This document shows, one piece after another, positions 1 through 7,820 of a stretch of DNA of 36,470 bases. This DNA comes from Methanomicrobia archaeon (lineage in GTDB: Archaea; Halobacteriota; Syntropharchaeia; Alkanophagales; Methanospirareceae): NCBI GenBank assembly GCA_016928455.1, contig JAFGKP010000123.1:1-36470 (forward strand). Direction: 5' to 3'. The notes under the pieces are model-generated. The model was given only the letters and a program-made list of their open reading frames with translations. It did no database searches and was not told the origin of the DNA. Position 1 is the first letter of the stretch, and each line of letters begins with the position of its first letter. A program made the position numbers and the translations under genes.

Positions 1-975
1 CGCTTCATCCAGCCCGAACATCAGGTTCATATTCTGGATTGCCTGTCCGGAGCCACCTTTTACCAGGTTGTCAATGGTCGAGATCACCACGATCCGATTA
101 CTGTCTTCTTCAATCGCGAAGCTGAGGTCGCAGAAATTCGTGCCGCGCACAGCACCCAGTGTGGGTACGCCCTGTCGCAGCCGTATAAATCGCTTGTCCG
201 CGTAAACTTGTGCGTAGAGCCGTTCTATTTCCTCAGCCGTCTTAGAGCCGCGGTCTTTCAAGAAGACATGCGCCGTGGTCAGTATACCGCGGATGGCGGG
301 TATGACATGGGGTGTGAAGCTCACGGGGACCGGTAACTCCTGCCGCATCTCCGCGACGTGCCGGTGCGCGGTGACCTGGTAGGGGATGATATTCTCAGCG
401 AGATTGGGAAAATGTGATTTCTCGGACGGCGCTTCCCCCGCACCCGAGATACCGGACTTCGAGTCGAAGAGCACGCGTTGCACCAGGCCTGCTCGTACGA
501 GCGGTGCCACCGCCAGGATCGCGCCGGTGGGGTAGCAGCCGGGATTCGCCACCAGGTTCGCCTGCGCGACCTCAGGATGCAGTTCCGGGAGCCCGTAGAC
601 CGCGTTGCGATCCTCTTTATCAGTATGTTCCAGCTTGTAAATCTTCTCGAAGTCTGCCCGCTTCAGGCGATAGTCCGCACTCAGGTCGATCACGCGCACC
701 CCGTTTTCGATGAGACGTGGCACATAGGTCATGGCACTGCCATGAGGAACCGCGACAAAGACCACGTCGCTCCGCGCCGCAATCTCTCGGGGATCAACAT
801 CGTCGTACGGAAGCGTGATGAACGGGGCGAGGTGTGGATTGACGTCGCTAACCTGCTGACCCTTATAGCGCCGGGACGTCACGACAGAGATATTCACCTC
901 GGGATGAGCGAGGAGCAACCGAATGAGCTCAAGGCCGGTGTACCCTGTTCCGCCTATTATTCCTGCTTCGATCAT
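1..975 (-). CDS. argC: N-acetyl-gamma-glutamyl-phosphate reductase (3' end runs off the window)
   Basis: Not in the ORF track. Manual minus-strand translation from ATG at 975 gives MIEAGIIGGTGYTGLELIRLL (Rossmann motif), VANPGCYPTG (catalytic Cys) and IDNLVKGGSGQAIQNMNLMFG near base 1. Confidence 0.96.
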   Translation of the reverse strand, partial: MIEAGIIGGTGYTGLELIRLLLAHPEVNISVVTSRRYKGQQVSDVNPHLAPFITLPYDDVDPREIAARSDVVFVAVPHGSAMTYVPRLIENGVRVIDLSADYRLKRADFEKIYKLEHTDKEDRNAVYGLPELHPEVAQANLVANPGCYPTGAILAVAPLVRAGLVQRVLFDSKSGISGAGEAPSEKSHFPNLAENIIPYQVTAHRHVAEMRQELPVPVSFTPHVIPAIRGILTTAHVFLKDRGSKTAEEIERLYAQVYADKRFIRLRQGVPTLGAVRGTNFCDLSFAIEEDSNRIVVISTIDNLVKGGSGQAIQNMNLMFGLDEA

Positions 976-1058
976 TTCCGCCTGTCTCTTACCATAATTG
1001 GGTGCTGCTTAATAAACTCCGATTGTTGCATCGTTCTCTTCGGGGCATACTGTTTTGA

Positions 1059-1352
1059 TCAGTCTTTCCAGTGCCACCAGTTCAGGAGTTCAGGCTCGTG
1101 GCGCTCGTGCGATGCGTAATAGACGGCACAGCGAAAGACGTAGAGCACACAGCGATCGACCGGTGCACCTGCACGCGCTTGAAGCTGGCTGAACAACGCT
1201 TCCGGATCGCGCCCCTGCAAATCTGCGATTGCGTGAATGCCCACGGCCCATAAATCTTCCGCGATACGCTTCCCGACGCCCGGTATCAGCTGCAGCTCTT
1301 GCAGCGCCGCTTGCTTCTTTGAGACGCGCATGCCACTCGTAGTTGAATTCAT
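1059..1352 (-). CDS. Helix-hairpin-helix protein (Cdd1/'pathogenicity locus'-like)
   Basis: LQLIPGVGKRIAEDL HhH motif; DRCVLYVFRCAVYYAS...WWHWKD C-terminus typical of this family. Start could be the later ATG (MRVSKK). Confidence 0.85.
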   Translation of the reverse strand: MNSTTSGMRVSKKQAALQELQLIPGVGKRIAEDLWAVGIHAIADLQGRDPEALFSQLQARAGAPVDRCVLYVFRCAVYYASHERHEPELLNWWHWKD

Positions 1353-1480
1353 TCGGCAGGTGTGATAAAGACCCGTGCTAGAAGAGTACGGATACCGGTT
1401 GGTGGCGCAGCCGTTGAACGACTTCGTGAGTCCGGAGGCCGAAAGAACTTAAAGGTTGAGACAGTAAGGTACAGATAGCG

Positions 1481-1603
1481 ATGGCACGTAAGAGTAACGC
1501 GAAGAAGGAACGAGACAATGCGCGGCTGCAGAAGCTCATTGTGGGGCTCTTTATGGCCTTGATCATGATCGGGTCAGCAATAACGGCGCTAACATTCTTT
1601 TAA
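1481..1603 (+). CDS. Small single-pass membrane protein (40 aa)
   Basis: MARKSNAKKERDNARLQKLIVGLFMALIMIGSAITALTFF*: basic N-terminus plus one hydrophobic helix; BRE/TATA-like GAAAGAACTTAAA at 1441-1453. Below the ORF-track cutoff. Confidence 0.65.
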   Translation: MARKSNAKKERDNARLQKLIVGLFMALIMIGSAITALTFF

Positions 1604-1622
1604 GCAGGATACCGGAGCTCGA

Positions 1623-2099
1623 TCAGGTCTGCTGCGCTTTGATGTACTTGATCAGCCCGCCGCTTTTCAAGAGCTGCTGCATGAACAGGGGAAGTGGTTG
1701 AAACGAATATGCCTCCTGTTTGGTCAGATTTTCTATGAGTCCGCGGTCTACATCGAGTTCGATCTGGTCTTTTTCATCGATCTGATCGACGACATCCGCC
1801 TCGATCAACGGGAGCCCGATATTGATGGCGTTTCTGAAGAAGATCCGTGCGAAGCTCCGTGCGATGACGCACGTTATCCCTGCGCCGAGCAGTGCACGCG
1901 GCGCGTGCTCTCGCGAGCTCCCGCAGCCGAAATTCGAGCCGGCCACGATGATGTCGCCCTCCTGCACCGCGACCGCAAATTCCGGGCGTACCTTCGAGAA
2001 CGCATGTACGGCGAGCGCCTTCGCATCCCCGGTCGTCAGGAACTCTGCGGGGATGATCTGATCGGTATCCACGTTATCACCAAACTTCCAGATTCGCAT
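1623..2099 (-). CDS. leuD: 3-isopropylmalate dehydratase/homoaconitase small subunit (LeuD/HacB family)
   Basis: DNVDTDQIIP, NFGCGSSREHAP and ARSFARIFFRNAINIGLP motifs. The specificity loop (EFLTT) does not settle LeuD versus HacB. Confidence 0.92.
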   Translation of the reverse strand: MRIWKFGDNVDTDQIIPAEFLTTGDAKALAVHAFSKVRPEFAVAVQEGDIIVAGSNFGCGSSREHAPRALLGAGITCVIARSFARIFFRNAINIGLPLIEADVVDQIDEKDQIELDVDRGLIENLTKQEAYSFQPLPLFMQQLLKSGGLIKYIKAQQT

Positions 2100-2265
2100 G
2101 ATCTCTTTCGTCCTAGCTGCAAACTACAGATTAAATAGCTGTGTTTTTTTTTTCGTATAAAAAAGCCAGGTTCAGTGCTGCGCTCCTCGAATTCCTGCAC
2201 ACTTCTCCCGAGCTGCGCTGAGCTGAGCTGTTCGCGACGTCAGGAGCTCTGACGAGCACCAGGAC

Positions 2266-2760
2266 TCACGTGAAGAAGCCCAGCACCCACATGCCAGCTT
2301 TCATTACGCCGACCTTGAGCGAATTACCGAGTCCAACGCCTTCGTACCGTATCGCGCCACTCTCTAAGGCGTCCTGGAACGCGGCAATGGGATTACTGGC
2401 ACTCAGTATCGCGTCTACCGTCGCCTCGGTACTATACGCGCGAATCGTGGGATCTGCGATCTCGCCCTTCACGAAGCTGACCACTTTGGCATCCGAGTCG
2501 GTCACAATGCCCAGTATAAGCACACTCCCGTCGTTCAGCGTGATCTCAGCGTTGATACGCGCATTGCTTGCAACGGTTTTGATGAACGGGATCTTGTCCA
2601 CATTCGCATTGTAGACCGCCACCATAGGCTCGATCGCAGTAAAGAGCGTATCACCCGGGTCCTGGGCTATAGCGGACGGAACGAATCCCGCGAGTATCGT
2701 ACTCACCATGCAGAGGGCGAGAAATGCTGAGAGCAGCTTCATTCTCTTCAGTGATAGCAT
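2266..2760 (-). CDS. Secreted hypothetical protein, possibly SCP2-like fold
   Basis: Signal peptide (KRMKLLSAFLALCMVSTILAGFVPSAIA); GGAGGTGA RBS upstream of ATG 2760; TATA-like TTTAAAT near 2811-2817 on the minus strand. Confidence 0.75.
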   Translation of the reverse strand: MLSLKRMKLLSAFLALCMVSTILAGFVPSAIAQDPGDTLFTAIEPMVAVYNANVDKIPFIKTVASNARINAEITLNDGSVLILGIVTDSDAKVVSFVKGEIADPTIRAYSTEATVDAILSASNPIAAFQDALESGAIRYEGVGLGNSLKVGVMKAGMWVLGFFT

Positions 2761-2853
2761 TTTCAATGGTTCACCTCCCACCTTGTTAGTGTTCTTCTCT
2801 TTTTTACCGTATTTAAACTTTACGTTCGGTTGGTTCTCGCGAGCATGTCAGAA

Positions 2854-4116
2854 CTACAACTCATTCGGGTCGGTAATCCGGCCGGTGATTGCCGATGCCG
2901 CAACGACCGCGGGATTCGCCAGATATACCTCAGAATCTTTATGCCCCATGCGGCCAATGAAGTTGCGGTTGGTGGTGCTCACGCACCGCTCTCCTTTCGC
3001 GAGCACGCCCATATGCCCGCCCAGGCACGCGCCACAGGTGGGGCCGCAGACAAACGCGCCTGCCGCGAGGAACGTCTGGATAAGCCCTTCTGCGATCGCC
3101 TGCTGGAAGACCCGATCGCTCGCTGGCACGATGATCATCCGCACATCGTCATGCACCCTCCGGGGTGCCTGCAAGAGCGCAGCAGCGACCCGCAAATCCT
3201 CGATACGTCCGTTCGTGCAGGAGCCGAGGTAGGCCTGATCAATAGTGACATCGAGATCGCGTGCCGGCGCGGTATTCTCGGGCACGAAGGGTCGGGCTAC
3301 GGTGGGCGGGATCTCAGCAGCGTCGTATTCATAGATCTTCTCGTAATCCTCACGATGCCCGTCCGCGTATACCGGCGAGTACTCGCCGCGAACGCGCCCC
3401 TTCAGGAACGTGAAGACTTTCTCGTCCGGTGGTATAATCCCGGTCTTCGCCCCGGCTTCGATCGCCATGTTTGCGATGGTAATTCGATCAGAGAGGCTCA
3501 ACTGCTCGATTGCGGTGCCGTAGAACTCCTGCGCACGATAGAGCGAGCCGGAGACGCCAATATCGCCAATGATGTGCAGAATGATATCCTTGCCCATCAC
3601 GAAGGGTTGCAGCGCGCCATCGACCACAAACTTCTGGGTCTCCGGGACCTTGAACCACAATGTACCGGTTGCCATCGCGGCTGCCGCCTCGGTGGAGCCC
3701 ACTCCGGTAGAAAAGGCACCGAGTGCACCGTAGGAGCACGTGTGGGAGTCAGCCCCGATGATTAACCGGCCTGGCGCGGCAAAACCGTCCTCGATCATCA
3801 CCTGGTGGCAGATACCGCCGCGTCCGATTTCATAGTAGTGCGCGATCTTGTAGCGACGCGCATAGGTCCGCAGCGCCTTCGCCTGCTCGGCCGAGGCCAC
3901 ATCCTTATTGGGCACGTAGTGATCCTGGACCACAACTACCTTCTCGCGTTTGATGCTCTGCTCGGGACCGAAGGCCTCGAAGACTTCGAAAGCCGGCACA
4001 CCCGTGACATCGTTCACCATGACATAATCCACGTCACACTCCACGATCTCACCGGCACGTGCCGCCTTCCCCTTGCCAGCTTTCTCACCCAGTATCTTCT
4101 CTGCTATCGTGGGCAT
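2854..4116 (-). CDS. leuC: 3-isopropylmalate dehydratase/homoaconitase large subunit (LeuC/HacA family)
   Basis: GICHQV, GADSHTC, GSCTNGRIEDL, CGACLGG and STTNRNFIGRMG aconitase-family [4Fe-4S] motifs. Confidence 0.95.
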   Translation of the reverse strand: MPTIAEKILGEKAGKGKAARAGEIVECDVDYVMVNDVTGVPAFEVFEAFGPEQSIKREKVVVVQDHYVPNKDVASAEQAKALRTYARRYKIAHYYEIGRGGICHQVMIEDGFAAPGRLIIGADSHTCSYGALGAFSTGVGSTEAAAAMATGTLWFKVPETQKFVVDGALQPFVMGKDIILHIIGDIGVSGSLYRAQEFYGTAIEQLSLSDRITIANMAIEAGAKTGIIPPDEKVFTFLKGRVRGEYSPVYADGHREDYEKIYEYDAAEIPPTVARPFVPENTAPARDLDVTIDQAYLGSCTNGRIEDLRVAAALLQAPRRVHDDVRMIIVPASDRVFQQAIAEGLIQTFLAAGAFVCGPTCGACLGGHMGVLAKGERCVSTTNRNFIGRMGHKDSEVYLANPAVVAASAITGRITDPNEL

Positions 4117-4194
4117 AGTATCCAGTACAGTAAGTAAGTAACTCCTCGATGCTACGTAAAGAAAAACGTTGCCGCTTTTTTTTTAACAGCCGGG

Positions 4195-4473
4195 CTAGCA
4201 AATTTCCGGGCGGGCGTTTTCGTCCTGCTCGTCGATCTGCTGCGCCAGCGCGATCACCATTGGTAGAGGGACCGTCACCACTCCCTCAGGCCCCGCATTC
4301 AGCGCGACCCAGGTATTCAACGCGGTGCAAATCTTCAGTATCTTTGACTCCTCAACGGTGTGACGGGTAATTGTATGGACGATCTCGTCCCGATTGAGGA
4401 TATTCAGAGCGTAGGTAGCCTCGATAACCTGCAGCAGCGCCTGCGCGCGCGCTCGTGCGTCTACGATGTCCAT
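4195..4473 (-). CDS. Hypothetical protein (92 aa)
   Basis: Fills the gap between co-oriented genes; natural-looking amphipathic composition. Confidence 0.6.
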   Translation of the reverse strand: MDIVDARARAQALLQVIEATYALNILNRDEIVHTITRHTVEESKILKICTALNTWVALNAGPEGVVTVPLPMVIALAQQIDEQDENARPEIC

Positions 4474-4542
4474 ACTGCTTTTTCTTATGCCTCGTTAAGT
4501 AAGCGCAAAAGGGTGTATGATGGTTTTCATGCGGTGCCCGCT

Positions 4543-6012
4543 TCAGGGATAGCTCCCATCCACCCATCTCGTGCCGGTAATCGCAGCCAGCTCCCGCGTT
4601 AGTGCAACGAGATCCTCGCGATCGAGCTTATTCACATCGTCCTTGCCCACAATCCGTGTGAGTTCAGCTATTTCGGCAGTCGCTACCTGTATAAAGTTCG
4701 AAAGCCGTTTTACACCCGCTTCGACCTCAAGCTGCTTCGTCAGACCGGGATTATGCGTCGTTACGCCGGTCGGGCATAGTCCGGTATGGCAGAGCCGGTA
4801 CTGCTCGCAGTTGAGCGCGATCAAGGCCGCGGTGCCCGTGTAAACGGCATTCGCACCCAGAGCGAGGCACCGAGCGAAATCAGCAGACGTCCGCAACCCG
4901 CCGGCGGCAATGAGCGTTATTTTACCGTTCAGGCCCTGATCGGTAAGGTATCGCGCAGCGCGCGGTAACGCCGCGAGAAGGGGAATCCCAACGTTCTCGC
5001 GCACGTAATAGTCGGTCGCACCGGTGCCGCCACCGAAGCCGTCAAGCGCCACGAAATCCACCCCAGCGTCTATGAGCACCTGCAGATCCTGCTCCACGTT
5101 CCCGCAGCCGATCTTCGCACCTACTGGCACACCGTTCGCCTTTTCACGCAGCCACGAGACTTTCGCCTTGATCTCCGCGGGCGTGGTCATGTCGTGGTGA
5201 TGAGCCGGCGAGTCCGCAGCTTCACCACCCGTCAGCCCCCGCACCTCCGCCACATCCGGAGTCATCTTGCTCGCCGGCAGATAGCTGCCCTTGCCGGGAT
5301 ACGCGCCCTGCCCGAACCGAATCTCAACGGCGGCCACACGTTTCAGGATACCCTCGTCCACGCCGAACCTGCCCGTCGCATACTGCCCGATAAGGTAGTC
5401 AGCAGCAGCGTCCAGTTCCTCGTCCAGTATGCCGCCCTCGCCTGAGTTGAATGCGATCTTCACGAGCGCCGCGGTCCGTGAGATGACGAGCTTCACCCGC
5501 TTTGAGGTCGCCCCGTAGCTCATGCCGGAGATCATAATCGGCGCTGCGAGCTTCAGCGGCCGCTTCGCCTGCGGCCCGATGACCACCGCGGTGTTTACCG
5601 GCTCTTCGCGATTTAACGGGATCCTGTGCACCTGTGCGGGAACGAACTGGAGGTGCTGTAACGAGTATGGCAGTTCTTTCAGGGAGCCCATGGACCGCAC
5701 CACGCTCGTGCCCGTCGCGGCCATCTCCTTGATGTCCACCATGGTCTGGTAAAACCCAGCATCCTCGTCCGCTCGCCGCTTGCGCATGCGTATGCCACTA
5801 TCACCAACCGCTTGTTTATCACAGTAGTAGATGCTCTGCAGCTCGTTCTCAGCATACACGGGGCAGAGCGGGCAGCTACAGCCCTTCACCGGGATATCGC
5901 AATTGCTCGCGCCCAGCGCGCAATACAGTACCTCGCCCTGGCACGTGTGCGGATAACTCGGGCAGCTCGCGCAGATGCACTTCTCCCGATTTTCCACGCT
6001 ATCTTCGACCAT
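4543..6012 (-). CDS. FMN-binding glutamate synthase family protein with N-terminal DUF2769-like Cys-rich domain
   Basis: ISGMSYGA, NSGEGG, EIRFGQGAYPGKG, DGFGGGTGA, AAGGLRT and CEQYRLCHTGLCPTG ([3Fe-4S]) motifs; N-terminal CICASCPSY...YC..G..C...CSCPLCPV...YYC. Confidence 0.9.
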   Translation of the reverse strand: MVEDSVENREKCICASCPSYPHTCQGEVLYCALGASNCDIPVKGCSCPLCPVYAENELQSIYYCDKQAVGDSGIRMRKRRADEDAGFYQTMVDIKEMAATGTSVVRSMGSLKELPYSLQHLQFVPAQVHRIPLNREEPVNTAVVIGPQAKRPLKLAAPIMISGMSYGATSKRVKLVISRTAALVKIAFNSGEGGILDEELDAAADYLIGQYATGRFGVDEGILKRVAAVEIRFGQGAYPGKGSYLPASKMTPDVAEVRGLTGGEAADSPAHHHDMTTPAEIKAKVSWLREKANGVPVGAKIGCGNVEQDLQVLIDAGVDFVALDGFGGGTGATDYYVRENVGIPLLAALPRAARYLTDQGLNGKITLIAAGGLRTSADFARCLALGANAVYTGTAALIALNCEQYRLCHTGLCPTGVTTHNPGLTKQLEVEAGVKRLSNFIQVATAEIAELTRIVGKDDVNKLDREDLVALTRELAAITGTRWVDGSYP

Positions 6013-6048
6013 CTTGAGTCCGCTCGCTCAGTTATGCTATGCGTATGC

Positions 6049-6363
6049 TTAGCGTGCTTTGCCGTCACGGCAGAAATAGCCCAGCGGTTTGCCGCTCACT
6101 AACCGGTACTCTTTCCAGATCGGGCAATCGCCGCAGATGCACATCTGACGGGTATTAAGGTCTTTGCAGGCCGCAGTACCCGTTGCGCAATAGAGGCCGG
6201 GAACATCTTCCGGCTTCGGCATCGCGCCGCTACCTCGTGCCCCCTTTGCCGTCGCCCGCTTCTCCTTCACGCATGCGCTTCCGGTCTGCACCGGGCACTG
6301 TGCGCAGATGCACTTCGCAACGTTCTCCGCAGTGAACGGGACTTTTGGGTTTTGTTCAACCAT
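6049..6363 (-). CDS. DUF2769-like Cys-rich protein
   Basis: CICAQCPV...LYCATG...C...CICGDCPI...YFC..G, the same pattern as the N-domain of the downstream gene. Confidence 0.85.
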   Translation of the reverse strand: MVEQNPKVPFTAENVAKCICAQCPVQTGSACVKEKRATAKGARGSGAMPKPEDVPGLYCATGTAACKDLNTRQMCICGDCPIWKEYRLVSGKPLGYFCRDGKAR

Positions 6364-6651
6364 CTTTCCACCACCCCATTTCGCTCCGCAGGTACAATAA
6401 AGGTACCCGAAAATTAAGGGTTCCGTTGTTCGTTACTTACTTGCTTGCTTACTTATTTACTACGTGGCGGAACAGGGCCCTTCCGCGCCAACGGCGTTAG
6501 AATACGTGGGGATAGTGCCTCACTCAGCGGTCTACCTGTTGTTTCTCTTCTTCATCCCGCAGCCCAGCACTATCCTATCCAGTCTGCGTTGCGGTTACGC
6601 GTCACGCAAAAGCGATAACTTCAGTGTCCCGCTTGCTTCCGCTACGTCTCT

Positions 6652-6951
6652 CTACGTTACTTTCTGAAGATAGAGCAATACGTCCTCGATCCGTTTTGAA
6701 ACGTCACCCAGTATTTTCTTCTCTTCCGCGCTCAGTGAAGGGGATACCTGGAGCCCTTTCAGGATACCTATCGCCTCAACGGCCTTGTTCATCTGATCTG
6801 TTCGCTTTTCGACCTCGACCCCTTTCTTCTCCCGCTTCTTCGCGCGCTTATGCTTTGCTCTCACATGATGTGCCAAGAGTAATGGCTTGTCAAATTCCGC
6901 GCCGCAATACTTGCACTTATATACCTTCTTCTCTCCAGTCATTTCTTTCAC
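6652..6951 (-). CDS. C2H2 zinc-finger protein
   Basis: YKCKYCGAEFDKPLLLAHHVRAKH followed by a basic/helical region; TATA-like TTTATATA near 6976-6983 on the minus strand. Confidence 0.85.
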   Translation of the reverse strand: MKEMTGEKKVYKCKYCGAEFDKPLLLAHHVRAKHKRAKKREKKGVEVEKRTDQMNKAVEAIGILKGLQVSPSLSAEEKKILGDVSKRIEDVLLYLQKVT

Positions 6952-7253
6952 CTTGCTCTTATGATTGTACAGTCAGTATATAAATACAGTGCAGGTATTG
7001 TAGCTGATCGAATGCTATGACCACGCTGTTACTGCTTATTGAGGCGTTGATTAAACACCTTTCTGCGCCTTTACTCTTAACGTTCGCGATGTTTGTGAAT
7101 ACAAAGCGAAATCGAGGATATCACGAACTCTGGGCCGATTGTTTCGTCGCAACAGACAAGCAAGCAGTGATTCATGAGCTGGATTTTCGTGGATGGACAG
7201 CGATATGCCTGTAAACGTGCTCGACCGCCGTATCTCCTCACGTTCAAGGTCCC

Positions 7254-7616
7254 TCACTGAGCAACCACGCCGAGGTAATAAGGGTCCAGAATGGATTGCG
7301 CGTTCTCTGAATGCGGTTCGCCCGTGCCGGGTTTCTCGTCCCACAATGCGGTGCTATCCGTGCCGCAACGCTGGAGTATCGTACTGCCAAAACTGCCACC
7401 GTGGCACGGTATGCCCGTAACGTTATAGACCTCCCCATGGACGACGATCCAGCAATCCTGAGCTGTATTGTGGCGCGCGACCTCTTCGAGCGTGAAGGTC
7501 GGTTCAGACCCATCGTCGCCACCCGGCGCCGGTGCCTGCTCCACGCATCCGATGGTGAAAAGTAGCGCGAGCAGCAGGCCTGCCATGATCCAACCATATA
7601 CATATCTTCGGGTCAT
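7254..7616 (-). CDS. Cytochrome b5-like heme-binding lipoprotein
   Basis: Lipobox-like LFTIG/C; FTLEEVARHNTAQDCWIVVHGEVYNVT...CHGG...CGTDST...HSENAQSILDPYYLG matches the b5 fold with two His ligands. Confidence 0.85.
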   Translation of the reverse strand: MTRRYVYGWIMAGLLLALLFTIGCVEQAPAPGGDDGSEPTFTLEEVARHNTAQDCWIVVHGEVYNVTGIPCHGGSFGSTILQRCGTDSTALWDEKPGTGEPHSENAQSILDPYYLGVVAQ

Positions 7617-7820
7617 TGGTACGGTATACTACGTGGTAAAGGTATTTCTCTCTTTCGCTTGCCTGCCTGCCTGTCTGCCTGCCCACGGGTCTGCCGTCAT
7701 GCATGCATACAGGCACATCGAGGAGCCTCGTGCTCTGTCTGGAACGTGCGCACGGAGCTGGGCGTGAAGATATTTGCCACCAGTGCTTACATACGTACTA
7801 CGCAGTAGAGGCAGCGAGCC

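Noticed and set aside
414-1119. Plus-strand ORFs 414-713 and 478-1119 (likewise 2830-3765, 10937-11473, 16496-16984, 17108-17839 and similar)
   Set aside because: Antisense shadows of well-supported genes (argC, leuC, CBS, truA, trmJ) in GC-rich DNA, with no motifs.
1395-1445. GGTGGCGCAGCC resembling a tRNA D-arm
   Set aside because: No T-loop GTTCRA, acceptor stem or cloverleaf follows.
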